This document shows positions 37,094-50,773 of a stretch of DNA of 64,000 bases, piece after piece. The translations under genes and the position numbers were made by a program. The notes under the pieces were generated by a model. That model saw nothing but the letters and a program-made list of their open reading frames with translations, was not told the origin of the DNA and ran no database searches. This stretch comes from Rhizophagus irregularis (taxonomy: Eukaryota): the NCBI RefSeq assembly GCF_026210795.1, contig NC_089435.1, positions 4,154,001 to 4,218,000 on the forward strand. The letters are read 5' to 3'. Each line of letters begins with the position of its first letter. Within the stretch, counting starts at the first letter, position 1.

Positions 37094-37352
37094 ATTAAAA
37101 GTATGAAATACTAATATTACTTCACAAAGAACACGACGATAAATACAGACAATGTGATTTTATAATATTGAATTGAACTGATAAGTTACGCATTATGGAA
37201 TACTTGTCTTTGAGTTGGTGTACCATCAAAGTGTGCATATGTGCATTTTATTTATTAAATTAATATAAAGTACACTACATACTGTAAATAATAAGTCATA
37301 TACTTATTAATTTTAATAATTATAATCTTACCCCGTATTATTTTTTGTATTG

Positions 37353-39428
37353 TTATTTGTTATAATTCTCTTTAACAACTTGAAGAATTTCATTTCTCAA
37401 GTTTTGATTTTCTTGTTTGACAGCTTGGAGCATTTCATCTTTAAAAGCTTGTAATGAGAACCTTTCACCATTATAATTATTATTAAATGATTCCGGAATT
37501 ATTGGTTCATGATTAGTTGTAGATTCATTTTTATACGTTTGTTCATGATCATTAGCTGGAATTATCATTGATTCATCGGGGGTTAGAATAATTTCTTGCC
37601 CATGATAATCATTAGTTGGTTCATTGTCATTTATTTGAATAATGTTTTGTTCATTATTAATTGCTTGCTCATAATCTCTTTCAGTAGGAATTTCCTTTTC
37701 TTCTTGCCTGTAATTATTGTAATTATTATCATTTCCATAAATAATTTTTTTGTTTTGTTTGTTTTTATTCCATTTGTATAAAAAGAAACATCCAATTATT
37801 AAGAAAATAATGCCACTTAACAAAGATCCTACAATTGCACCAACTATATTAATATTAGAATTATTTGATGAATTATCGGATAATTGTGATGATGGTGGCA
37901 ATGATCGAGAAGGGATGGGCGATGAAGTTGGTGACGGGGATGGTATGATATTTTTTGGAACTGAAGGATCAAATGATGTCGTCCATACATATTCTTCATT
38001 GTTGCTAATGTCAAGTAATAATATATCACTTTCAACTGTTCTATCATAACCATACCCTATTAAAATTAGTTTTTTTTTTGTTAAAAAAAATTAATTTGTT
38101 TAATTTGCTTAATTTTTATATTTAGAATACTATATTTACCAAATGATATAACCATATATTTTCCAATTAAATTTGCTTCATGAAATACTCTAGGTTTTGG
38201 AATTTTTCCAGAAATTTTCGGAACATACCAATTAAAATTAGTTAAATCTAATACATAAAGTGTAGTATCTAAATATCCAGGATTGCTAAAATATCCTCCA
38301 TAAATTATGACTCTTTGGCCATCTAAACCTATTAAAAATAATAAGATTTATAATTAATGTTCAATCTTAAAAAAATGACCATAATAGTATTCTTATTTAA
38401 TTGCATACCAAGAATTGCGGAAAACCCCGCTCTGTTAGAAGGAATTTTTCCTGATGTTATCTAAATTTAATAAAAATTTAATTACAATATAAATTTTTAC
38501 TATAATGAATGACTAAAATAACTAACTTACTTTTGTATTCCAACTGTCGTTAGCTGTATCATATATATAGATCTATTTAAATAATTTACTCGGAGTTTAG
38601 AATTCTGGCGCATTCAGTTTATTAATAGTAATATTTACAAAATTTACCTCACTTAATGTTAAAGCGACACCTATTTCAATATTTAGAGTTGTTCCAAAGA
38701 AACAAGATTCATTCGCACCACCTATATCCATTAATAAATTAGTAATAAAGCATATGTAAAAAATAAATAAAAGTTACAAAAATTATTCGCTTACCTATAT
38801 AAATAATCTTATTATCGGGTAATAGGGTAGCGCTATATTCACTTCTCGGAATTGGTGCATTAACTAAACTTCCTTTTTTACAATTAAGATTTAATGTATC
38901 TAAAATAAGCATATCATTTATAACATAAGTACCGTTAACATCATATTCTCCGGACCATAAATAAAATTTTCCATTATAATCGATAATGCCTTTTAAACCC
39001 CGTTTTTTGGTCATATTAATTCCAGTTATTTTTGGAATATCCCATATAATACTTTGTGAATCAAATGTATAAACCAATGCCATATTTTGATCGGTTGTAT
39101 GTCCTCCGTACAAAAATAGTGTATTATTATTCGCACCACCTTTAACTGATGTTGCAGAATCATGTGGCGGGACCATATTAATATTTGATAAGTCTTGCCA
39201 TGACAATTCTTGAGTATTAAATGGAACGGAGACATCAAGATAAAAAAAGTCTTTTGCTGATGTTTCATTTTCTAACCTACCACCTAAAATATACAATTTA
39301 TTATCAATGAGTGTGGCAGTATGATGGAAATATCCAATTGGTTTAAAGGGCACCATTTGACTATTTACTTCAATTAATATTTGAAGTAGCATCCATATTA
39401 TGATATTGACTAAAAAATTTTTTGACAT
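37353..39428 (-). CDS. K4: intact type-I membrane Kelch beta-propeller protein (exons 39428-38795, 38721-38648, 38572-38531, 38460-38409, 38328-38140, 38056-37353; 564 aa)
   Basis: Signal peptide, six Kelch blades, P/S stalk, TM IVGAIVGSLLSGIIFLIIGCFFLY, KWNK stop-transfer, acidic Asn-rich tail. GT-AG introns; exons sum to 1695 nt in frame. Confidence 0.92.
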
Positions 39429-40639
39429 GATTATTGTATTCTATTTAATGACTTGATGCGGTAAAAATAAATATTTGAAAGAAAAATAATTATTTGATTT
39501 TTTAAAAAAAAAATCTTGTCGTATTTAATATTTTTAGGATTATGCATAATATTAAATAAGTTAAATAGTACTGAACACAAAACGAAAATGTATTCAAATA
39601 TTATGCACGGTAAACACCGGATACTACCGTATAAGAATTTTTTACGCGCATTTAACTTTCACAAATGTAGTAACATTTTTGTGTACGTTGCTTGTACTAA
39701 ATCATAACTTGGTAATATTGGTTGTTTATTAGACCACTTTTCCGTAATTAACAAAAATTAAATTTGGTAATTCTAACCAATTATAGTGATAACAAATTTT
39801 TAATTTACGATTTTTTAGAGCATGAATGAAAAGAGAATTAAGGTTTAAAGCAATATACAGTGTATTTTAAATGTAATATTAAACAGGTATGAATTGATAA
39901 TCTGTTTGCAACTTTGCGAGTTTCTAAAATTTGCTCAAATTTTAACTCTTCATTCAAAAAAGATTTTTGAAACAAGGCAATTTTCTCGCGGATTAAATAG
40001 TACATAAGCTCCATTTTTTTAATTTTATAAATAAGAAATTAAATTATGTAATGAATTTAATTAGCTTTTAGTAATAAAGCATGTTATTTTTTTTTATAAT
40101 AGCAATATGAATATTGTGTAATATTACGGAAAAAAGTTGCAACATTATTAAAAAATAATTTCTAATTTCTATATCAAATAATATTGTAATGAGGTTGCTT
40201 CTGCATAGTATGCATAGTAATTAATAACACCCTGTTGATCCATTATGCAGGAACAAATCTCAAAAACAAACAAATAAATAACAGTAGCCACAACCGTATA
40301 TATTATTATTGTTATTTTAAATTAGGCTGAATACTTGATATCAAAGTCAAAGTCGAAGTTAAAACTATGGTTGAAGCTCAAAACAGACGAAATTTTTTGG
40401 AAAAATGGTCTGAGTTTCTTCAGAATAAAAACTAGAAAAGTGATCATTTATCGGAGTTTTTTCCAGAATTTTTTTTTATAGGGGGACTTATTAGTGTGAA
40501 ATTTATGAACGAAACATTAACTTATTGCTTGTAAATTATGTATTAATCTATGGAAATGTCAAAATTTTTTTAGAGAAATTTTTTGTACTATGATTTTATA
40601 AAATAAATAATTGGATTAGCATTATCTTTATTTAGACCT

Positions 40640-41150
40640 ATAATTGTCCGAAGCGGAGTGGGATTTACATTCTACACAAAAGCATGCAATGTTTGTCTGT
40701 CCCGCACGTGACTTATATACACGTGACACATATATTTTTTATTACTTTTTATACTATTAGCTTATTAATTTCGATACTATTAGCTTAAAATTAGACTTTA
40801 TTAACCTTCATAAGTATATTTAGTTGTTTTTAGATTATTTCTTCATGTAATTTAAGATTCATTAATAATAAACGAAAAAATATAACTTATATCTTGTGTA
40901 ATTTATTTTCGTTATTAAAATCTTAAAATAATAAATTAAAAATATAAAATAGATAGCCCAGCCTGTATTTATTCATCCTGAAACACTTAGAAAACGCAAA
41001 ATTAGAGAAAATGAACTCATAATCAATGTGAAAGGCGTTGTGCTCGTGATGTTTATAATCGTTGCAAAATATAACACCAATAAGATTTCACTTTGGAAAA
41101 CGTGCAGCGTGACGCCCGCGTCGGACGTTTAACGGTCACCGTTACCTAGT
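40640..41150 (+). mobile_element. Helitron/Helentron-like non-autonomous element
   Basis: Subterminal inverted repeat GTCCGAAGCGG (~40645) / CCGCGTCGGAC (~41117), 3' hairpin TAACGGT-C-ACCGTTA, then CTAGT. Confidence 0.55.
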
Positions 41151-41310
41151 ATATATACATATATATAATTTAAAATTGATTAAATTTAATGTAACAATTT
41201 AAAATCATCAATCTTTAAATTGTAATTCTGGCCAAAATTTTCAACTCTAGCCAAACATATAATGCCGGCCTAAATTTAGTTAAATTCAAAAAAATTCAAG
41301 TCAAATGTAA

Positions 41311-41464
41311 CGGGCGTCCTTAACGTACAGTGAGGGTGTACGATATTAACGTACGAACTGGCCCGAGTTTAGGAGTTATGCACTTGCACGTGATAGCGTC
41401 AACGTTAATTCCGGTCAGTTCGTACTTTAATATCGTACACCCTCACTGTACATTAAGGAACCCC
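41311..41464. mobile_element. Hairpin MITE with 8-bp TSD
   Basis: ~55-bp TIR (TCCTTAAYGTACAGTGAGGGTGTACGATATTAA), TSD AAATGTAA (41303-41310, 41465-41472). Confidence 0.9.
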
Positions 41465-43584
41465 AAATGTAATATCACATTTATATAATTTAACACTTTT
41501 TTTCTTGATGTTCATTGGGTTCTTACTTCTTAAAAATACTTAGTTTTATGACTTTAAAAAATTCAAAATTCCAGTTTAATAAGTTATTTTGCTTTATTTT
41601 ATATATTTATATTTTTTAAATATCTGATATATTTTTATTTATAATAATTGGAGAAAAATATCGATATCACGTATTTATCAAATAAACAATTTCAATTCTG
41701 GTAAAATGCAGAAATTAGCCTTAGTGCTGGTCAAAAATGAAATCTATATCATTAAATGTGAAAGTGCATGATAAATAAAAATGTTTGTATAATTATTTTA
41801 AATTTTCAACATAGTTCAATCAGTGACGTGAAGGTAAAAATAAGTATTTTTTTTTAATTAATAATAGTTCTTTTTTTTTAATAACATAATTTTTTAAAAT
41901 ATAATAAAAAAAATAATATTTGAATATTTAATCTTGATAATTGATATTATAATTTTCGTATATAAATGTTACACAAGATAATTTATGTTTATAAGATTTA
42001 GGCCCTTAGATTTTGTGTAAAGAACATCAATATTAAGGGTATAATTCTTTAAGTGATTTATCCGTGTTATACAAGAAGTTACTTCTACATTAAACAAATA
42101 AATACTACATTTGTATGTGTCGCAATTAATTTTACATGCATAATATGCATGATTTTCATGTCTCCCTATTTTTAAACCAATCAAAATTTTCAATCTGTAT
42201 GAAGCATGTTTTCATCTTTCGTATGCAGAGAAATACAATTTGGACACATGAAAAAAATCATTATTAATTTGATTATATTATATTTGAATTGGCTCTTATT
42301 TATAGTTTTTAGGTGGAAGTGCACAAATTATTAATCATAACCGGGGATCGAAGTTTAACATGTGGCAGAAAAACATCAGGTATTAAATAATGTTAATAAT
42401 ATAAATTTAAAAGATAATGAAATATCATTCAAAATAATAGAATTTTCAGTGAGCTAGCTATCTTTTAAAGAAACTTCAAAAAAATATTTCACATTCATTA
42501 AATATGGGCCAATATATGATCAAACACAATACAAACCTACATAGTATCATTATTATAAACGCCTTATAAACGGTATGCAAATTAGTTGCTGTATGATATG
42601 ATAGCTCTTTTAATTTATTATAAAAATTTAGAGGGCTAGAGGCTATATCAAGGAATTGTAGGTTTTATGATGCAAAGATAAAATTAAATTACCAATGGTT
42701 ATCGATGTAAAAATAAAAATACTTAATTCAATAACTTATTTAATGAATTACATATTCAAACACTTTGTACTGTATATTTAATAAATAAGTACTGTATATC
42801 GTTTCGTTAATAATCATCCAATGTATTCTGTTGGATGTCTGATGGGATCATTAATAATTATAAGAAATAAACATTATATTTAATACAAACGTTCGAATGA
42901 ATCTCACCGAATTTTTTTCATGGCGCATTAGATTTTTTTAGCTTATTGTCGAAGAATTTGAACAAAAGATTCGTCCATACAAAAAACTAGGAAGTTATAA
43001 ATTATTAAATAAAGTTTAAAATCATTATTAAACAAAGGAAAACTATAAATATATCAAATAAAACGATAAAAAGTATTTTACAGTTATTTTTTTAGCAAAA
43101 AATCAAAATTGTAAGTATCACGAAATCCTAAGAATATGTCAAGGTAATCATTGTATTCTTTTCTCATCATGTAATGAGTTTTTTCGATAATATCAATCAA
43201 TCAAAATATGACAAAATAATCGAGTTCTTGACTGTCCCCGATTTAGGAAAAATGATAGTAATTTTGATATTTTTATTTGAACGTGCAATTTTAATTTTAT
43301 TTCGACATTATAAGCACTTTTTTAAAGCAACACTTTTTTCATGCAGAAATTCTTTATGATTTCGAAGAACATGCATGACACCCTTTACAAGCTTTACATT
43401 GTTGACTTGGCATAGTTAAATATAAGTGAGTTTATAAAAGCTATAATGAAAGAAAGAAAAATATATTTTGTTTAGAAACCGATTATCCGATTATATTGAT
43501 GTTCCAAAATCACGTGTAACTGGCATGTGTACCCGGCATATAAATCCGGCTACTATTTTTCGGTAGGATCATTCATATCGCAAG

Positions 43585-44503
43585 CCATCGTTGATAAAAG
43601 GATGATGTCCGTACATTATGTCAGATATATTAAAGTTGACCCTATGAAGAAGGAATATCCGGAAAATGACAACGAAAATGTCCCAGTGTTTCAAAAAATT
43701 GTCTTGAAAATGTCCAGAAAAATGATTTACTTTGTCGTCCGGAATTTTTCATGTCCAGGATTTGTCCAGTTTTTTTGTACATAAAATAAATATAGCCAAC
43801 CAATTCCGGACATGTAAATTCAGATTATTTACTAGACATATTCCAGACATGAAAAATCCTGGACATATTCTGGACATTATTTCTAAAAGTGGAAATTAAA
43901 AAAAATGCAAAAAGCTCAAAACTGATGTTTAAACCTCCCCCTGGCGTAATAAGTAAATTTGAAAAATACTATCTATGATGTTAGTTTTAACTTTAGATAA
44001 TTGTAGATAGTCGGTGGTAATCTGCATTCGAGATAAAATCAGATTGTTCAAATTCCAGACAAATTTTGGACTAAACTGAACCCAGACATATTCCAAACAT
44101 CCAGAAACACGCATGTTTTGGAACATTTCCGGACATACTATCAAATATTAGGAATTTGTCTACTTATTTTCTGGACAAGTTCAGGATGAGTTCTGGACGC
44201 ATTTTTTTCATAAGGTGATGTCTAGGTCATTATCCAGACATGATATCCGAGCATAATGTCCAAACATTATACATCATGTTCAGGACATCATATATTCATA
44301 TTAACAATGTCTAGACATATGCCGGGTATATGTAGGATGATGTTTGTACATCATTTAAACATGATGTCGAATATGTTGACAAAAGGTTGATGTCCGGGCA
44401 TAATATGTCAAAGTTGATATCTAGACATTATCCAGTCATGAATGTCTAGATATTATTAATTATGATGTTTGGACATCAACCTGTTGTCAAGGACGGCTTT
44501 CCA
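43585..44503. mobile_element. Nested MITEs: CCTATGAA..TTCATAAGG element (~43640-44215) inside a GATGTC-repeat element
   Basis: Inner block is rich in TCCGGACA/TCCAGACA with short TIRs; the outer right end AAGGACGGCTTTCCATA matches the 36709-37093 family. Confidence 0.6.
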
Positions 44504-45442
44504 TAGTATACCAATTTCTGGAACGATTTTTAAAATTTTTACACCCACTTTTAATCACAAATATCATCTGATTCAGTAATTAAAAGAAAAAATAAATTGA
44601 TTCAGAAAATTATAAAATTTACTAAATTACTAGAAATGGTTATAAAAAATTAAAAATTCTTCCAGAAAATCGATAAATTTACCATAAATAAAAACTAACT
44701 ATATATGGTAATTATGATTAGCATGATGTCTATAATTATATAATATTGATATCTTTGACATCATGTTAAATGATGTCTAAACATCAACTTTTATGTCCAA
44801 TAGATATCCAAACATCAACCAGCGTGATGTCTAAACATCATACATCCGTCATGGGCATCAACTTTTTGTCGACGATAGCTTGCGATATAATACAAAGATT
44901 TTCTTTTTTTTTTGATCCGTTGCGATGATCCGAAAATCTGATCTTGTCACATGATATAACCGAATCGATGATCATTGATCAATGCTGTGAAAAAATTTAG
45001 AATTAAGATCAAAAATTTATAATTCCATCAGAATTAACTCGGTCTCAAAATTTACCGGAAGCTCTATTTATTTTTTGTCAAATAATCATATGTCTTTCTC
45101 TACATTATTTTCCAGTAAACTTTCTAACAACTTGTTTTACAATATATTAGTAAATTTATGAATATATTTTACCACTGGTTATTCATTTGATAAGGATAAA
45201 TTGTATAATTTTACACAAGTTATAATACATTTTGGTGCAAATTGATACGGAATTCTTTATCGAAATTTAACGTTAATTTTTAAAAGTATAGTAACCCGTC
45301 ATTACTCTTTAGTAATGGTAAACATATTGTATAAGTTATTTTAAAAAAAATTGGATTCAATGTTACATTATTGAAAATAATATTTAACTATATATTTTGC
45401 TTTAGTACATAAAAATTCCATTGATTTTAATCTTGTCTTGCA

Positions 45443-47467
45443 TTATTTTTTTTTTGTAATATCAAAATTATTATCCCTAACAGCTTGAAGAAGTTCATTT
45501 TTAATTTCTTGTTTAACAGCTTGAAGTATTTCATCTTTAAGAATTTGTGATGATAACCTACCATTATTATAATTATTACTATTATCGCTAGCTACTGCTG
45601 AAGTCGGAATTATTGGTTCATTGTTGGTTGAACTTCCATTTTTAGGCGTTTGCATAATTTCTTGCCCATGATAATCATTAGCTGGAACTACTATTACTGG
45701 CTCATGGTTGGTTGTATTTTCATTTCTAGGCATTTTAATAATTTCTTGCTCATTATTATCTATTGCTTGTTCATAATCGTGAATATCCTGTTCTTTTTGA
45801 CTGTAGTTATTATAATTATTATTTACATTAATTGTTTTATGGTTTTGTCTATTTTTATTCCATTTATATATAAAGAAACATCCAATTGTTAAGAAAATAA
45901 TACCACTTAACAAAGATCCTACAATTGTACCAACTATATTACTATTAGAGTTATTTGATGAACTATCGGATAATTGTGATGATGATGGTAATGGTAGAGA
46001 AGGTGATAGTGATGATGATGATGATGAAGGTGGTGGTGATGTTTTTGGAACTGAAAGATCAAATTTTGTAGTCCATATATATTCTTTGTTGTTACTAATA
46101 TCAAGTAATAAAATATCACTTTCGACTAACTGAATTTATTATAACCTATCCCTATTAAGATTAATAAAATTTTTGTTAAAATAGTAATAAACAATCCAAG
46201 TTTACATATGATATTACACTTACCAAATGATATGAGTGAAACTACCATATCTGATGTTGCTTTACCATTAAGTGAGGTAAAGTTGTGAACATAGATTACT
46301 ACTAACGTAAAAATTTTCAAAACCAATTAATCAAATATATTATTTATATTCTAGGTCTACATATATGATACAATTAGTGATAGTTGGAGCAAAGAAGTAA
46401 GTTTTATAAATTATTATTATAATGAAAAATTTTTTGAATTGTAACTTATTAAATTTAGGTAACATCAGGAAAAATACCTTCTGATAGAGGTGGTTTTTCT
46501 TCAATTCTTGGTATGCAATTAAATAAGAAAATTATCGAAGATTGAATAATCGATTATTAATTTATAAATCTAATTGCAATTCAATAGATTTAGATGGTCA
46601 AAGAATCATAATTTTTGGAGGATACATTATTAATACTAATTATTTAGATACTACACTTTATGTATTAGATTTAAAAAATTATAACTGGTATGTTCCAAAA
46701 TTTTCTGGAAAAATTCCAAGTCCTAGAGCTTATCATGAAGCAAATTTAATTGGAAAATACATGGTTATACCACCTAAACAACAAATTTTCATTACAAAGT
46801 GTGTATATAAAAATGAATGTATTACAAATATTACTTGCATACCTATATAAATAATCCTATTATCAGGTAATAAGGTGGCGCCATAATGAGATCTCCGAGT
46901 TGGTGCGTTAATTAAACTTCCTTTTCTTAAATCAAGATTTATTGTATCTAAAATAAGCATTTCGTTTGCAATATCATTAGCAGTACGTCCGCTATATAAA
47001 TATATCTTTCCGTCACGATTAATAATCCCACTTAAACGAGATTTTCTAGTATTGATTCCAGCTATTTTTGGAATACTCCATGCAATATTTTGTGAATCAA
47101 ATGTATATACCAACGCCATTGTTTGAACCAGTGTAGCCCCTCCGTATAAAAATAGTGTATCATTATTTGTACCACCTTTAACTGATGTTGCATCAAAATG
47201 TGCTGGAACCAAATTAATATTAGTTAAGTCTTGCCATAATAATTGTTGAGTATCAAATGGTACAGAAATATCGAGATAAAAAAATTCTTTCACTGGTTTG
47301 TTACTTAAATCAAGTCCACCCAAAATATACAATTTATTATCAATGAGTGTAGCGGTATGACACCATACTACACTTGGCTTAAAGGGCGTCATTTGACAGT
47401 TTACTTCAACCAATACTTGAAGTAGTATCCATAATAGAGTAAAATTAACCAACGAATTTTTTAACAT
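45443..47467 (-). pseudogene. K5: Kelch-TM gene with internal inversion of exons 2-5 and a 5-nt insertion at the start of exon 6
   Basis: Exon 1 and the TM/tail exon are on minus. Exons 2(part)-5 read on plus at 46234-46766 with intact GT-AG sites. Exon 6 reads GIGYNKFS* from the orthologous acceptor. Confidence 0.88.
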
Positions 47468-49739
47468 GATTGATTATATTTCATTTAATAACCTAGCTAA
47501 TATGTAGAACCAATATTCGAAGGAAAATAATTTTTAAGATATATATATATCTCGGCGTATTTATATTTTCAGTGTTACGCTTAGTCTTAAAGAAAGTTCT
47601 GAATAGATTGGACGCACAAACAAAATTTATTTATTTAAATATTTATTTCGAAACAATTATTTAGTTTGTTGGAAGACTGCCCCCTGCGTCGGGACAAGGA
47701 ACGGGACGTGCCAAATTAAACAACCGTGTTACTGGCATGTGACGGTCACAAATTTCACTATCGCGTGACCATATGAGCCACTCTTTAATGTCGCCATAAT
47801 TCCAGCCAAAAGTGACGCAATAGTGATTTTTTTTTTAAAGTCATGTGGTTACCCCAAAACGCATTTTTCGATGTATTCTCAAGAATTTGAGAAGTTTAAT
47901 AAATTGATTTTGTTCAAGAACAAATTGTTCGAATTAAATAGTTGATCATTTTTCCAAGCTTGTTTTCAAGTATGACTACAACATAAACAAAGACTTTAAA
48001 ACCTTAAACACAATATAACATGCATTTTATTTAAACAAGTTTTTTCAAGTAGATAACTAACTTGAATATTACTGACTTTGAAAGTTTCCAAGACAATCAT
48101 ATTACTTATCGTTCAAAAAATAAAAATAGTTTTGTTTGCAGCTACACAAATCATAATATTTTTGAAAATAAAAATTTTAAATGGTATAACAATTTACTTG
48201 TCACTTTTGTATGCAAAATTTATTGTTAAATCAGAAGTATTATGTAAATATTGTAATAACCGATGCTTGCTATAAAAACGTAAAGATCTTATTTCCTCAC
48301 GTAACATTTTTCTGTATTGATAATTTTAAGGTGACTCAGTATAACCTATTTATTGATAGGAAAAGTTAAAATCATTTTCTGTAAATTGCTATATTGTAAT
48401 ATTATAATCAATATACTGTATAGTATAACGTTGATGTTTTATAAAATTAAATAAACTTCCTAGAACAAAATTATCATTAAAAAAAAATAAAAATAAGCGC
48501 TGAAAAATAAGTATACATTCCATCATTAATAGATATTGATCATATTTTCTGAGGAATTTTTTTTTACCGTTTTTCAAAGAGATTCCGCAGCATTTATTTT
48601 TTTTGAAAAAGAAAATTTTTTCTATATAAAAATGATAAAGTATTTAGAGGTACATTTATAGATGACGCTGTAGTTATTACAATATGTCAATAATCAAAAA
48701 CAATATTAATTTTCGAAACTTAAAACAAAGTTAAATAGATTTTCATCGACCAACTGAATCTAATGGAATGTCAAACAACATTAAATAATATAACTTTCTT
48801 TTTTGATCATCAAAGCCATTTGATTTTTCTTAGTTCTTTTGTAACAAACATCATTTATAAGCTAAGGACAGAAATTCGTTTTGGTACCAACTAGTAGTGA
48901 AGAACTAATGATAAGACTGTTAAAGTTAAAACTAGGCAAAAGAGACAAATGTCAAACAACATTCCGGATGTTATGAATCATCTAGCAAACTAATGTGCTC
49001 TATTATGTAGTGGACTGGTAAGTTCCGGCATGATATATTAATAACTTAATGTATTAGTAGAAACTAAAAATAAATATTTGAGCGATATTTATTTATTAAA
49101 AAAATCTTTCCATATTTATTAGTATATTTTAACACTACGATTATAACTAAGAAGAGGTTTGTGGGAACGGAACACAACCCAAAATTATTTCGTAACAGCA
49201 GTATTTAATTTGATGCAAAACATCGGACCGAGCCGCGCCGTTTGTGCACATTATTTATTTGTTAACAACACTTCCACTGTTCCACATGCATATTGTACCT
49301 TCGATATACGCTTATTAAAACATAAAATAATGGTTTTGGATTGAACTTTGAAATTACAAAGATTTAATAAAGCTTGTGATCAAAAATATGTATAAATTTA
49401 AACGCTAACACGATATTACATTTTAAGATTACTTCAGATAGAAAATCTGAACGCTGATTTAAAAAGTTTCCGATGTTTGATTTACATGCTATAATTTTCT
49501 TTTAAAGCAAAATTAAGGACAAGAAACACGGGCTTACCATAATCTTTTACTGCTGCAAATAGAGCATTGCTTAATCTTGTAAGTCAAGGAAGTAATAAAA
49601 CACAAAGTAACGTGTAACAAATTGGTTTTTGCTATAATCGATAATTTAGAGGGGATCTTATACGATATTTGTCCCTGCAAATTAACCAATAACTGTATTA
49701 TTAGACCTCATCTACTAAGTAATATTCTTGCAGCGATGA

Positions 49740-50326
49740 AAATTTAGATAAAAAGATCAAGGAACTTGGAAGAATTTTTGAAGAAATAGGCGATAAAATT
49801 GAATGGAAAGCTATAGAACTTGCGGCGTTACACAAAGTATAGGAATCGGAGAACATGACATTAGTCAGAGGGCAATAGAAAAAAGGAGAGAAAACTATAA
49901 ACTAGTATTTGGTGTAGAAATCATACGTATGGCAGAACGACATGAAGTCATTCAAAAATACACTACGTTGAACGAAAAATTCACCAAACGGCTTAAGGAT
50001 GAAAATCGGGATAAGGATTTAGTTAGTGAGTGTGAAAAGAGATTACAGAACAGTCCGAAGGATAAAGTAATAAAGAAAAGATGGAGGGTCGAAGAGAAAT
50101 GAAAAAGATTAGGAATTAAGGATAAGTATAAATAGATGGGTTTATTTTGAAGGCACGTGATTTCACGTAAAAGATTCCAAAATTTAAAGTTTTCTTCATC
50201 TATTTGTAGTATTGTTATTTTTGTCTTTTTTTCTTTTTTTTATATACATATAGATTAGTTATAGTTAGTTTATTAGGTAGATACTTTATTGAACGATCAT
50301 TATAATACATTATTAAAAAAAAAAAT
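49740..50326 (+). mobile_element. Possible truncated retroelement 3' end
   Basis: Purine-rich decayed ORF, T-rich UTR-like stretch and A-run at ~50315-50325; no TSD found. Confidence 0.3.
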
Positions 50327-50392
50327 CATCGTTGCAGAAAAGTCACACGAGAAATAAATTTGTTACATCGTACTATACCAGTATACTGTGTA

Positions 50393-50587
50393 CAGTCGGC
50401 CCCCTCTATAGTCACCCAAATATAGTCCCATACGCCCTTATAAGCACATTTACATTGGCACAAGTTATTAATAAGCTTATTAAAAAAACCCCTTTTGTCA
50501 CACCATATAGTATTTTTATAATCAATACCAATTTTTTTGGTCCCGAAAGGGTAAGGGTGTGACTATATAGGGGGTTGACGTTGACTG
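50393..50587. mobile_element. Tc1/mariner (pogo-like) MITE
   Basis: TA|CAGTCGGCCCCCTCTATAGTCAC ... GTGACTATATAGGGGGTTGACGTTGACTG|TA. Confidence 0.8.
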
Positions 50588-50773
50588 TAGTAAAAAAAAA
50601 ACTTTAGAACTAGGAAACGGAAATCCAAAGTAGAATATGTTGTGTATGATTTTTCTTTAAAAAAAATTCGTTATTACATTATTATAATCGATTTTCTAAC
50701 TTAGATACGCATTCTTTTTATATTTTGTTTTAGTACATAAAATTTGCTATTTTAAAAGAAATTTATGGTTGAT

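Noticed and set aside
37353..39428. Galactose oxidase enzyme call for the Kelch genes
   Set aside because: Only the propeller is present. No C-terminal Ig-like domain is seen, and a stalk plus TM follows instead.
46542..46850. Independent plus-strand Kelch gene
   Set aside because: It is the inverted exon 5 of K5, with no start or signal exon on that strand.
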